Below, piece by piece: positions 1 to 13,612 of a stretch of 64,000 nucleotides of DNA (positions are counted from its first letter, which is position 1; the number at the start of each line of letters is the position of its first letter). The stretch covers positions 66,340,001 to 66,404,000 of the forward strand of contig OX597823.1 of the NCBI GenBank assembly GCA_951406725.2, written 5' to 3'. A program made the position numbers and the translations under genes. The notes under the pieces are model-generated. The model made no database searches and was not told where the DNA came from. It saw nothing but the letters and a program-made list of their open reading frames with translations. This DNA comes from Octopus vulgaris (taxonomy: Eukaryota).

Positions 1-134
1 ACTTAAGCTCACAAAATAGGAGCACATACTCAGACGTTCTCACATAGATACATACAAAATTGTATAACATATATTCATACATAGATACATATGTTTATAT
101 ATGTGTGTGTATGTAAGTATGTATGTATGAAATT

Positions 135-470
135 TTTCAGTTTTATTTCACGATTTCTTGCCAATAGAGAAAGAGCCAGTTTCCTTGGATCTAACCTAGA
201 TCCAAGGCTACTTCATTGGAATTTCAACAACATCAGCAGAGCATCTCGCATGTACGTATGCATTTATGTATGTATGTATGTATGTATGTATGTATGTATG
301 TATGTATGTATGTATGTATGTATGTATGTGTGTGTGTGTGTGTGTGTAGGTATGTATGTTTGTATATCTTTATTCACTTTTATTTCAAGATTTCTTGCCA
401 ATAGAGAAACATCCGGTTTATAACCGAGATCCAAGGTTCCTTAATCGGAATTTCAACATCAACAACAAGG
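135..470. repeat. Two diverged copies of a ~95-bp unit separated by (TATG)n/(TG)n; probable 3' UTR of the minus-strand RLE element
   Basis: ttttatttcacgatttcttgccaatagagaaa...gatccaagg...ggaatttcaaca at ~140-235 and ttttatttcaagatttcttgccaatagagaaa...gatccaagg...ggaatttcaaca at ~378-468. Confidence 0.75.
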
Positions 471-596
471 TATTTTTGTTTGTATGTATGTATGTATATA
501 TGTATGCATATATGCATCTATGTACGTGCAGATTTGTATGTTTTATGTATGTATTCTCATGCATAGAGTTAGATATCTCGACATGCTCATATATAT

Positions 597-2570
597 TTAA
601 ATGATAAACTTCTGGAATGTTTTACAGGTTTTTACAGTTCCAATGATGAATTGGATCTCTAGGATTCGAATTAGCTTTCTTTTTTCTGGTTTTGAGAAGC
701 CTAATTTCTCAAGATTGGCTCTTAGGTGGTGTGTTACATATCCCAGGACTCCAATAACTACAGGTACAAACCTGAACTTGTAATCTGAATTGACTAACTG
801 CAGATTTCTCAGTAGTTCAGCATAGGTGTCCTCTTTTACACTGATCTTCAGCTTTATATTTACATCAACTGGGCAGCTAATTTCCACAACTCTGCACAGT
901 TTCTCTTCTTTATACCAAATCATTATATCAGGTCTGTTGTGCTTACATTTTATCGCGGTCTTCCACCAGTATTCATTTTCATTATGAATGGCTATGGCTT
1001 CTATAGTATTTATTTCCTTGTCCTCGGGATTATCCAAAGTGCGACTACTTTGGGCATGCATTTAAGCTTATCAGACAATAAATGTTTCACAAGTTGCTGC
1101 CTTCCAAGTCTTATAATGTTATCAGCCTCATGTATGTAAACTTGGTCAAGCAATGCACTTCTACACTTAGTGGTTAAAAGATGTTGCCGAAGGGATATGA
1201 TACAACATTCAAAGGCCGTCTAGATCGATGTTAAACCTCTGCTGTCTTATGTTCGTTTTAGGTAGAGCGGTCTACGTCACTGATTACGTGGACATTATAT
1301 GTGTTTGTTAGTATTTTCCGGGTTTTCACACCAATGGCTAGGATTTCATCGAATGAAGCAGCCTAAATTTGGTATGAGTATTTGCACTGCAAACACATTG
1401 TGGGCCAATACTTTATTGCATGCAGAGAGCTACGATGTCCAAATTTTCTTTATTCTTCTGTAATATTATTTAGTGACACTTTTTATGCTACAGGTGCCAT
1501 TTTAAGATATGTTTTCATCCACCCCTAAATACCTGTAACATTCCTCATCAGATGTAGGGGAAATAGTTAAATCATTGATGGAGGTGTTATTAGTGTGGTT
1601 TATAGTTTTACTTCTTTTCACAATTATATTGCAACATTTATCCTGGCCAAACTCCAACCATGTATTCTTTGAAAATGTTGTAACCAGGTGAAGGCTCTTT
1701 TTCATTTTATTCATATTCTTTGCATATAGTTTCCGTCATCCACAAAGAAACATTGTGTAATTTCGGTATTTCTGTTTCCTTGTGAAACAGTGAGATATCC
1801 TTCAGACTTCCTTAACATCAATAAGTAGGGATTTACAGAAAGTATAAACATCACAGAGAGGCTGTGTCCCTAGGATACGCTTCTTCGATACTGCATTCTA
1901 TCAGTGATCATACAGTTACTCCTTGTGTTTAATTTTACGATAGTGATCCACGTTGAAGTCAGGTCATCCATGGCTTTGGCTATGCTCACTGTAACTTTAG
2001 CAAGTTGAAGAGCTTCTAGCATCCATGAGTGGGGAACAGAGTAAAGGCCGTTCTCGTAGTCTGGCCACATTGTAACTAGGTTCCTTCTCTGCTTCCCCAC
2101 CTCTGACATGATAATTTTGCTTATTAACAATTGCTCAGTACGTCCACTGACTCCCTTCTTCCCAACACATTGTTTTGCAGTGATGAAGTTATTGGTTTCA
2201 CAATAGTCTTGAAGGAAGAGTTGTATATATCTTATACATCGAGTTCTGGCATGCAAGTGGCCGGGGTTTATTTGTTTTTTTTTTGTCATGTGGGTGATTT
2301 TGCATTTGCAGATCAATTTTGTCTCTTCCAGAGCTAACCAGTGCGGCATGTAACTGTTCCCATTAAGAACTTGCTGGTACAGGTTGATAAGATATAGTCG
2401 GTAGAAGGTTAGATTCATGTACCAATCGCCAACAATCGAGTCTCGTTCAGGTACCTTTCCATCTTGAAATTTCTGGATCACAGTTACAAGGGTATTACCG
2501 TCAAAGCAGCACGTATTAGGTGTATTGCAGGGACAATAACCTCTTCGAATTTCTTCCAACCACAGAGTAT
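597..2570 (-). mobile_element. Degenerate RLE-type (R4/Dong/NeSL-like) non-LTR retrotransposon: RT plus restriction-like endonuclease, frameshifted and 5'-truncated
   Basis: Minus-strand fragments: QCVGKKGVSGRTEQLLI...LVTMWPDYENGLYSVPHSWMLEAL (RT; cf. WIDYKKAFDSVPHSW), ITQCFFVDD (~1735-1760; YxDD-like), YRYLGVDEN, and C-terminal KHNRPDIMIW...VVEISCP...KEDTYAEL...FVPVVIGVLG (PD-(D/E)xK RLE). The ORF ends at 597. Confidence 0.85.
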
Positions 2571-5500
2571 AATCATGTATGTATGTATGTATATATCAGG
2601 TCATGTTTGGTCTGAAATTCTGCGAAGCTCATGCTGGGGGGGGGGCTAATGAACTACTCAGGCTGTTATATACTCCGCGTTGTCACAATACCGACAAACC
2701 TAGATTAACTCTTACCTAGTTCTCCACTTCTCTGTTCAATTTTGAATAATTTTAAATTGGCTGAAGTTACGGACTTATTTTTTCTGGTCAGAATTTATCG
2801 TATTCTAATACCTAACCATACCTGTCATCTTAATTAATAATAATATCATGGTCCACCGTACTACTTTTGGTAGCACATTTGTATTTATTCCGATTTGAAT
2901 AATTTCGACTAAATATCGAACTTTTCAGCATTGCTTTTCAGTTAATTATTTCTAACGTCACTTATTTTCCTTAATTCACCACAGAATACCTCAGCATCCA
3001 AAAACTTTTAAAAACTATGCAGCATTTTAAAATATTAATTAATAAATTGACATTGTTGATTATATCTTTTTTTTTTCCTTTTAGTACTTAAATTAAGAGA
3101 AAGCATTCGAAAATTTCATATTGACGCCTGATTTATTAAATAATGTATATATAAAACATCCCCACATGTAATAAGTGCTGCTGAATCAAGAGAGTAAATT
3201 GCATGAAATTACCGCGATATTTTAAACAGTCACCATTCATTTAGCAGCATGTGTATTGATTTCCAACTTATCATATTCATTTACATCTTAAGAAATGTAT
3301 GAACGTAATATGTTCGACTGAAAGCTAATGCAAAGTATATGCAAATAGCTAACAAAATTTCTATCAAATTATAACATAAACAAACAATTTAAGAATGATA
3401 ATAGAGAATTTCTTGAGCATATATATATATATACACACACACATATATATATATACATACGCATATATATATATATACACATATATATATATACACACAC
3501 ATATATATATATGTATACACATATACAAACACACATATATACACACACACATACACATATATATATATATACATATATATATAACGCAGATCATTCAAAA
3601 CATTATAATTTAGCCAAATGGACACGACATTTCTTGTGTTCTTTCTGTTTAAATTGTTACAAATAATGTTTTATGGAAATATCAAATTTAATTAAAATGG
3701 AAGCCGTAGTAGGAATATGATACATTACGTTCGTGCGTTTTCTACAAAATGTAATTTAGAATAAGTGAGACTATTTCAATCGCTAAGACAAACTGAAATA
3801 TACATTTTACACCGTAGGCTTCTTTTTGTTAACCAATATCATTGCCGAGGTGAATTGTTACAATAATATAATGTATGTAAGTAGGAGCACAATGAAATGT
3901 ATGCAAATGGAGATTACATACCATGTATATAAATATAGAAAAACGATGAAATAAATATATGTCAATTTGTATATAAAGATGACACATCTTGAGTCATTCC
4001 AAAACGCACTAGTAGTCTCTTTGTTCATAATATATCTCAGTTAGTTTTTCCTGTCCACTGGGAAAAATACGAAACATTGCAAAATTTCCGACGTCCAGTC
4101 ACTGTAGATATAAGTTATTATAGCAAGCTAGATTCTAAGCATTTTACAAAGATTCTAATGTATGACATATAATAGGTGCCTTAGCGTGCGGAACAAGTTC
4201 GATAAACTTATATTCTCTCTTAACGACTTTTAGATTTAGTTTAATATTGAATACTATAAATTAAAACTTAGTGTATCTAAAGTAGTCGAAAATATAGAGT
4301 AAGAATTTTGTAGAATATGCGTCAGTGGTTTATATAACATGTTTAGAAGTGCTCTATGTATGTATCGACACTAGACAATGTCTATCCATATACTTATAAA
4401 TAAGCGTCAAAGGACCGAGTGAATATACTGATCTAGGAATTAAGAGCAATGTAAAATTCGCAAGCGCTTCGATAACATGCAATTGTCAGATAAATAAAAT
4501 TGTTGGAGTAGCTTGGAAAGAAAGCCCACTCTGCTACGTACAGATGTCTTAGGTAGACATCATAATGATAACTAATTTTCTACAGTTTGATAGGTTATAG
4601 TCACCAAAATCTAATTCTGACGTAAGGTGTACATATTGTATTTTTCGACATAAGACTGTGATCAGGTAATTCTGTTTTATAGATAAGTACAAAACTAGGC
4701 TTCCATTTTTAATCATAAGTAACCATTAAATTACCATTAAAGTGGCATTAAGCTTTTATCGTCATGATTAATGCTAAATGCATAAGATCAATTCTTTTTG
4801 TTTATTTTTGCCAAACCAAACTTTGACAAGAGTAAAGATGCAACTGAAAATTGAACCCGAGTGACAGTCTACTTGAGCCACGTAACATTGCTGTTGCTTA
4901 GCTCCCGATCAACGTCGTGATAGAATTATGATCAAAATATTTTCAGCGATAACAATCACCATCTTGTTTTAAGACATATACGAGTATGTTATAAAAATGA
5001 TGGAAATTTGCTGCTTATGATAGTAATAATGATTGCATATGCATTATATTTGGCATGCTTCATTTGACAGTACTGAAACAATCTGCACATATCCTTATTT
5101 TACAGCTAGATAGGTTACTAAGAAAATACGTAATATAAAAAACCAAAAGTCATTAATTTTGATGTTTTTATTACATAAACCTCCAGTTTAATAACCAACC
5201 GCCCGAAAATATTAACGGTTAATATATATTGTTGCATATTAGAATACGAATCGATGAATGTTGGAGTTTTAAAAAATATAATAGACACTGTGTTTCAAAT
5301 CTGGTGCGCATCTCGTTTATTATCATAAATATTAACTATATTGAAACATCAGGAATGGAACGGTTTATGTTTCTGCTGAATTGCTGATTATATATGAAGA
5401 TAATAAGATATTAGTTTAATTTCCTTTCACTCTATATTTATTACTACGTTTACAATAGTTGTAGAATTTGTGGTAGTGGATTATCAAAATCCTCGGCCAT

Positions 5501-6194
5501 CGAGCAAAATGTTTGTGCTACTTTATCTCACATTTTACGTTCTGTGTTCACCTATCACTGAGATTAAAATTGCCTCGCATCCACCAGGGTTATATAAAAG
5601 AAATTATTAGTTGAAAGTGTTGATCGATTTGAGCGAGTGACAATCTACTCCAAAGGTTGAGACAAAAACTCTATTACTACTTTTGATTATTTATATTTAC
5701 AAATATGCTTAAATTTTCTTTCGTTGTTTAATGGGAGAAACATGTGAATACTGGTTTGGACTTTTTACAAATGTTCATACATACGAATAATTCACAATAG
5801 CAGAAGTAGCAGCAACAACAGCAGCGGAAAACGGCACATATGCATGTATGCATCCATGAGAGAAATTAGGTCCTTCAAAAAGACTTCTTTAATGGCACAC
5901 CCCCAAGCCGGATTTCGTGTTAAACCGGGTTACGGATTAGTGCTACCGTCCATGTATATAACGTTTAAACGAACACTTTTACGTCGATTAATAAGGTGTG
6001 TACAATGCTGAATATGATATATTAAATAAATGTGTTTAGATACAAAGATATATATTGATGTATACACACACACACACATGATTATATACAGGTGTTTCTT
6101 AATGTTCATTACATAATAGGCGTTAAATCATCCGTCACACATATATAAACTTCACATATAGATACATACATATATAAACATATATATATATATC

Positions 6195-6429
6195 CAGAGT
6201 CTGGATAGATTCCTTCAAAGAATACCAGATAAGCCACCCATAATTGGATACAACTCACTCAACAAGAACTCACTACTTGAACAAAACTGGATACAACTCA
6301 CCCAACAAGAACTCACTACTTGAACAAAACTTGACTTAAACAGGATTCGAATAATCCTATCAGGTGGTGCTATTAAGTTAGACATGGCCTGGACCAATCT
6401 CTGGTCGAAACATATCTAAGTTTTATCTA

Positions 6430-6433
<4 letters not shown>
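6195..6433 (+). mobile_element. 3' end of a CR1/L2-like LINE inserted in (TA)n
   Basis: Translates SLDRFLQRIPDKPPIIGYNSLNKNSLLEQN (LDxFLxxIPDxP..GY..NSL C-terminal motif). Has a 43-bp tandem duplication at 6245-6330, a short repeated tail (tatctaagttt)x2, and (TA)n on both sides. Confidence 0.6.
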
Positions 6434-6471
<38 letters not shown>

Positions 6472-6799
6472 CATATATTTATATATATATGTTCGAAAAT
6501 TCTCACTATATATGTGTGTGTGTGTGTGTAATTGTGCTGTAACATTACTAACAGACTATTCTTTAAAACCTCTCGTACCAGATTAAAATATCAACTCTGC
6601 TACAAATAGCAAGAAGTTTCATTTTATATCCACAGACAATAGCGTTAGTGAGCACAAGTATTAACGTTGTAGTTGAGAAAAAGTTAGCAGACCTAAGAAC
6701 TAGAAGTCATCCTAGTATTAGAATATATTTACCTGCATCATTATTATTCGCACCGGCTGTCAATCCGCCGACATCCTGACTGCTGCTCAATGTTCTATG

Positions 6800-7460
6800 A
6801 ACGATGTAAAGGTAGTAACACGTGGAAGGGACAGCATGGAAACCAATTTTTTCAAAACTAAGATGGTCTTCGGGTGTGTTTCCAGCGACGGTGACGATAT
6901 GCCGGCCCACGTCTTTGAACAGGTGCGTAGGCTCAATTTAGACGGTTATGTGAAGCTGTAAGAGAATCTAGTCGAAACTTGGCTGTAGAGAGTTGCTGCT
7001 CGAAGTTTATATGAGGGGCTGCATAATCTGTTACAACAACATCTCTTCTGAAAGAGATGGGCACTTTTTTAGATAATTTTTACGGCTTCACCAGCTCCGA
7101 TTTCTGTTATCCTAATTCCTCTGATTGTAATTCCATGGATTACTATGTGTGTGGAATAGTGAAGAAAGACACTAACCACTCTGACTGCAATATCAAGGCC
7201 GAGTAGGTGACCAGGATGAAAGAGGTGTTCAAAGAACTTTCCATGGGCACGTACATTGAAGAACATATATCCCAGGCTCCTGGTGTGTCTTGATGCCTTG
7301 GTGGAAGCTGCGGGCGGCTACCTAGATTAAACTTTTATCTCCGAGTCATGATCCAGTTAAATTTTGTTGATTTTTTAACATACTTTAAGAAATGGGTAAT
7401 TGTGCTTTGCGTCCCGTTTATGCAAACTCTCAAATTTAGCCCAAACAACCATTATGTATA
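6800..7460 (+). mobile_element. Tc1/mariner (maT/DD37D-like) transposase C-terminal remnant
   Basis: MVFGCVSSDGDDMPAHVFEQ..RLNLDGYVKL, then YPNSSDCNSMDYYVCGIVKK (cf. WPPNSPDCNPMDYYVWG), ending LDALVEAAGGYLD* at ~7330. Contains multiple stops and frameshifts. Confidence 0.8.
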
Positions 7461-8502
7461 TAAACGTACATGCATAATGTACAATTTAACTGTCTGTATG
7501 TTTCTCTGTGTGTGTATGTATATATATATATATATATGTGTATGTATATGTGTATGTATATATATGTATATGTGTGAGAGCGTGTTTCTCTATATATGTG
7601 TGAGTATGAGTGTGTATTTGTGCGTGCGTGTAAATTAATGTAAACATACAGGTCAAATAAATCAAATAAATATCCCGCATATGAGCTGGAAAAAAATCGA
7701 TTTTGGCCAAAAAAACTCCTTTGCCCTAATTCATCTTGAAATTATTGAAACATAGATAATATTCACAAACTACTAGAACTGATTGCCGGCAAAGATGTAA
7801 AGAGTTTGGTCAGAAATATTATGAAAAATGAAGTAAAGTTTAACAGTTCTATTTAAGTTTCAGCTTCGTGACTTGAATAAGATTTTCCTTCAAATTATAT
7901 TTCGTCCAAGAGTAGTTCTTTTCAATTACGAGTTAACGAATTAACCTTTCATACACTTGAATCGGAAGGCAATCTATTTTATTCATGATCTTCTGTTAAA
8001 TCCATCTTTTCACAATGTAGCATTTCCAGCAAAAGATAATTTACGAAAAGTCAAATAAGTCTTGAAAAGTAATTATTATTCTTGTAGTTCCTTCCTAAAT
8101 GTGATCAATAATTTCAATATTTTCAGCTTGCGAAAGTTAGTTCTAAGTTCACTTGTTGGCCTCACAGAGCGGCTGACATTAACGATGCAGTGTTACATTT
8201 ATAATGCATATACCTTACGGAATTTTTAAATATTATTGCTCTCGTTAATTTTGTTCGTCTTTTCTAATTCCTAAAATATATGTACATGCATACGCACAAC
8301 CTCACACATACACGTACTCACTCACATACCCATGCACACACACGCACTCACATATATGTTAGTATACATAGGTGTTATATATACACACACACATATATAT
8401 ATATATGTTTACCTATCAGTATATCGCTACACACACACAAATATATATACAGGAAAACACATATATTTATGTATATATGTATTTATGTATATATATATAG
8501 AT

Positions 8503-8549
<47 letters not shown>

Positions 8550-8578
8550 CAGATATAGATACACACACAAACACACAC

Positions 8579-8643
<65 letters not shown>

Positions 8644-8699
8644 CATATACATATATATATATTTCCATCTGCAGGAATTTTTAAGTTCTGTTTCTGTTA

Positions 8700-9760
8700 T
8701 GATAGTTTCACCGAGAGAACGAAGCACGTGAACATATACTCTTACACGTACGTTTGTTAATTAGATAGTCTAGCTCGACCGGTACGTTTTCCATAGCTCA
8801 ATTTTTTTCAACTGCTTTAAGTTTCCCATAATTTGATATTGTACCTCAGTAACTCGATTGAGTCCGAGCACTATTTCGTCTCTATATATTGTAGGCCTTA
8901 TTACTTACTCTCACCAGCATCCATATATATCTCCCGAACTATGGTCATCACATAGAATAAAATTGATGGCGGCAATCAAAGGAAACCTCAACCCACTTAA
9001 GTATTTGCATCTAACATTTTTGGCAGGTTTGTGACATCTCCAGGGTTGTGTAACACAGATGAGATTTTTCTGACATCTGCATAACTTGAAAGAGAGGTTT
9101 TCTGTATGGCTGAAGTCCGGGCTGAGAAGAACACTATAAAAAAATGTCGGACCCAAGACACTACACTTCAAGACGCCACTCATTATTTGTGCTTTCTTTG
9201 AAGTGACTCGCTGGCTATATAGCCTAACTTCTTTCTTTTAGAAAATAATGTAGCCACTCTCCAGATATCCCATTTTGTTGAGATCAGGTATACACATACA
9301 TATATAAATGGTAGGGGGTTTGCTCTCCTATTTGCAATCCATAAGAGGTGCAGATTGCATTGATAAACAGATGGAGGAGGCCATATTGATATGACGATAA
9401 AAATTACTTCTAAATATATATACAACTTCCATCTCTTATAGAGATTTTCTAACTATACACTTTGCTCGTTGCAAGACCAGTCACTGACTCTCGCTTGGTT
9501 TTCTATATAGTGCAAGCAATAGCGAATTCTTGCTATCTCTAGTTGCCGGCTGGTCATCACCGACGATAGACACAAATAGCCCGAAACCGTTCGGTTTGCT
9601 AGAAGATGGTAGGATTCACACCCTGCCTGCGATATATACCAGGTGCAGACTTCATCCATAACCAGCAGAAGGAAGTTCTAATGGGGTATAAAAACGGCAG
9701 TTTCGTCGAACAGCCATATTGATGTGGCGATAAAGATTTATTCGCAGTATACTTAATACT
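8700..9760 (-). mobile_element. Highly degenerate CR1/L2/Jockey-type RT remnant
   Basis: SGVLKCSVLGPTFF (cf. SGVPQGSVLGPLLF) at 9140-9183, SYADVRK (YADD-like) at ~9065-9085, and LSPHQYG at ~9715-9735. Confidence 0.55.
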
Positions 9761-10346
9761 TTCATCGCTTATAAAGATGTTCTGAGTGTGTGTGTTTAAG
9801 TACGCATGTATGTATATATGTATATTATGAGGTTTTACTGTTTTGGGTATTTGGCTCAAGATCATAAAGAGGTGAGTTTAATAGCCGGCGATGCGTTGTG
9901 CTCTTGAGTAATTAACTTTATTTCACATAGTGCCAGTCAATTAAGCAGGCAACGGTGAGTTGTACTTGAAAATCAAAATGCTAGGTTTGCCAAATTTCGA
10001 GGAAAATTATTAGCATGCCTGGCAAAATTCGTAGCGGTACTTCGTCTGTCTTTACATTTTGATTTCAAATGCCGCTAGAGTTGACTTTACCTTTTAGTCT
10101 GTCGGGGTAGATAAAATATGTATAAACTGAGCAATGGGATCGAAATTTGTCGAGATGGCCTCTTCTACGATATTGCTAACCATGTACAAAAATATGACTC
10201 TAATATGTACAAAATATATGTGTGTGCTATGTGTGTATGTATGTGTGTGTCGCGTGTGTGGTTCATGTATGTGTTCGGAGAGAGAAACAGACAGAGAATG
10301 AAAGATAGACAGATAGACAAGGAGACAGACAGACAGATAGACAAAC

Positions 10347-10445
<99 letters not shown>

Positions 10446-11062
10446 CAAATAGATACACGCACATACAAAGAGGGGCATGCAAAACGTGCCATGGCTGTGT
10501 ATGTCTTTTATGCGCAAAAATTATGACAAAGATAAACATCCACTTCGTATATCAAAAACAATGTATTAGCATTCTGATGGTGAGGAATCGAGTTCCATGA
10601 TTCCGATATTCCGTAAATCTTTACAAGAACTCATGTTATTCCTCACTTTTAGTACTGAGTTTGGCGAGGGAGACTATTAACCATCCAGCAGAGTGTGCCC
10701 AAGGTTGATGTTGCGAATATTATAGATATACACGCTCACACAAAAAAAACATACACAAACACACAAACACACACGCATGCACACATACACAGATACACAC
10801 GAACACAAACATACACAGACACACAAACAAACAAGCACAGACACACAAAAAAACAAACACTCTGATACATATATATATATATATATATATATTTACACAC
10901 ATACATAGGTACATACACAAAAGTAAAAATATGTATATATACATACATGCATACAGATATATGCATGTACATGCAAACGCTACGCATATCTCTCTATATA
11001 CATCTACATGTGTGAGGGTATGATATATATATGTACACACACACACACATATATATATATAT

Positions 11063-11113
<51 letters not shown>

Positions 11114-11875
11114 TGTATGTATGTATGTATGTTTGAGTGTGTATGTAGATATAGATATGTAAATATATAGGCAGACAGTGTGTATCTATGAATACATGTA
11201 TGTTTATAGAGACAGTCTGTGTATGATACAGAGATAGCAAGAGGGAGAGAGAGAGAGAACAACGTCTTCTGCAAATACCACCTGGAATCTGAAACAATAT
11301 GTTCGTTTCGGTTCTATAATAATCCAATTATTGAAATAATTGCCTACCTCCCTTGCTGCATGGTAGAAAGATAATTATTTGATTAGGGGAGTAGAGCCAT
11401 CCCATTCCGTCATCCGGAATGGGACTTATATATATATGTGCGTGCGTGCGTGTGTGTGTGTGTATGTATGTGCATGTATTTATATGTATTATTTATTACG
11501 AGTGGTTAGCATGCATAAATAAAAGTCATATACACATACATACACATAGACACATGAGGCGACACATATTTATACATAACAGACGCACGTACATAGTCAC
11601 ACAAATCCATACACATAGACGTACTCAAACATGCACACACAAGGAGACAGACAAACACACAAATACACGCACACACATACACATACGCAAGCATGAACAC
11701 ACACACATTAATTTGCAGAATGCATACCTACTTAAAAAGGTACACACATGCATACATATATATACATATGCATACACAGATACATACATGCATACATATG
11801 TGTATACACGTGTAGACTGAAGTACATTCATGCGCATGCACAAACAAAAAGAACGCAGCTCTGATAACGGACAAG

Positions 11876-12059
11876 GTCAACGACTATTGAAAATGTTGCA
11901 AGACGCAAAGAAACTTTTAGAATAAGAAGTAATTGAATGGAAATCGAACTGGTGTTAAATAATAAGGCACTAAAAGAGAATTACTCTCCTCAGATATAAT
12001 AAGATATGATTCAACACACGAATTCACGTAAATAATCTTGCAAACCAAACACAAAAATG

Positions 12060-12062
<3 letters not shown>
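11876..12062 (+). repeat. Unclassified ~190-bp interspersed repeat next to (TA)n; second copy inverted at 47252-47455
   Basis: actattgaaaatgttgcaagacgcaa...taaggcactaaaagagaattactctcc...ttcaacacacgaattcac matches the reverse complement of 47252-47455. Confidence 0.75.
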
Positions 12063-12121
<59 letters not shown>

Positions 12122-12164
12122 ATGTATACGCGCATGTGTGTGTGTGTATCTACATAGGTGTTTA

Positions 12165-12262
12165 TGTATGTATTTGTGTGTTTGTGTTTGTCACCCTACC
12201 ATCGGTTGACAACCGATATCGCTATGTTTCCGTCCTCGTAATTTAACGTTTCGGCAAAAGAG
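12165..12262 (+). mobile_element. SINE family A internal fragment
   Basis: tttgtcaccctaccatcggttgacaaccgat...cgtaatttaacgtttcggcaaaagaga matches the body of the full family A copies. Confidence 0.7.
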
Positions 12263-13299
12263 AAATATATATATATATTTCATACATTTCCGCAATTCTA
12301 ACTGATTTTCACCAACCTTTACACACACATTACTTGTATCCCAAGGATGGCCATGCAATATAGCATATTACCCAGAACTACCGCCTAAATGGACATAGTT
12401 ATTTTATATGAAGGGTATTCCATACTGGTTTAGGCTTTTTATAAAAGTGAAAGGATTTTGTCTATTTATTTCGACTGTCCACCTGATATGGTGACCAGGA
12501 AGAATGTACGCGATGAATCTCCAGTACCAAACCATCTTAATCTCCATATTTAAACTGCTTTAAAATTTGGCAGGTTTATCTTTACCTATTCTGAGTTACT
12601 TGAAAGATGATGTTCGCTTCCCTCTCTTCTATGTATCTTTGTTTCACTTTAATGATGCTTATTTACCCATTCATTACTGAATTTCGTCTATTGTCTATCG
12701 TTTCAAATACGCTTTGGTAATGTGGTTTTAGCCTTTTTTAAACAATCACATATGATTCGTCCCAAAAAATTTAACCTTTAAATAAGAGTTTTGCTTCTAC
12801 TAGCGAAAGCTATAGGAATCTTTCAGAAAGCTCCATTCGAATTTAACTTTATGCAGCATTTGCTGTTAGTTTATGCGCAGGGTATGTGAATAGACAGAAT
12901 AAAGGGGCTTTTACTAGTTTACCTATCCGAAAATTTAGCCCCCCTTTGCTGTTGAAGAAAAAAATAAACACCCAGAAAGGAAGTTACAACGTTTTTTTTC
13001 AAAATCATTACACTATTTATGTGCATGTTCCTGACAAGAAATTTCGCGTTCAAGTAAAACAACTATATTTTTTAGTCATTAACCGTAATATACTACCAAA
13101 ACAATTCAGTTTCTCTACTTTGCATCGTTTACCAACTTATATGTTCTATGATTATTAAAGTGCAACGGCTTGCACAATAACCAACCTTCAATTTGGTTTT
13201 CCGTTCTTAGGTTAATCGGAAACATAGACTGCCGTGCTACTCAGGCACCTACTCGATAGTTCAATTATTTGGTGAAAAAATAATACCAAAGTAACTTAA

Positions 13300-13612
13300 A
13301 ATGTCCCAAGAAGGCAGGAAACCCGCATGACCTGTCCAACTGGCGGCCTCTCACTATTTGATCCGCGGTGTACCGCTTGTACTCTAAGGTGCTGGCCGCC
13401 AGGATGCTCCAGGCCACGCCCCTCAACCCCTCGTTAGTCCTATTCCTGTTCTCCCGCTCCGTGTAAAACAACACGGGTGTGTCCCCGCAGGAGTCAAGGG
13501 CGCTTCGACTGCGGGGGTGTCATATCCGAGGGTGCTTGTCTTCGTTTTCTGACTGGCTCACGTACTAGTAGGCGGGTCCAGTCGTCCCTCGCCCTCACAG
13601 TGCTAGCATGTG
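13300..13612 (+). mobile_element. GC-rich R2/NeSL-like RT fragment joined to a structured 3' region
   Basis: 13305-13433 translates PKKAGNPHDLSNWRPLTI*SAVYRLYSKVLAARMLQATPLNP (RT domains 1-2). Several GC-rich hairpins follow. Confidence 0.7.

Noticed and set aside
1-50. EHILRRS resembling an RLE C-terminus at the window edge
   Set aside because: Too short to support without upstream sequence
6245-6330. Short direct repeats (also 21615-21656, 47856-47966, ~58133-58187) as a possible CRISPR-like array
   Set aside because: Two-unit tandem duplications with no spacers, in a eukaryotic context
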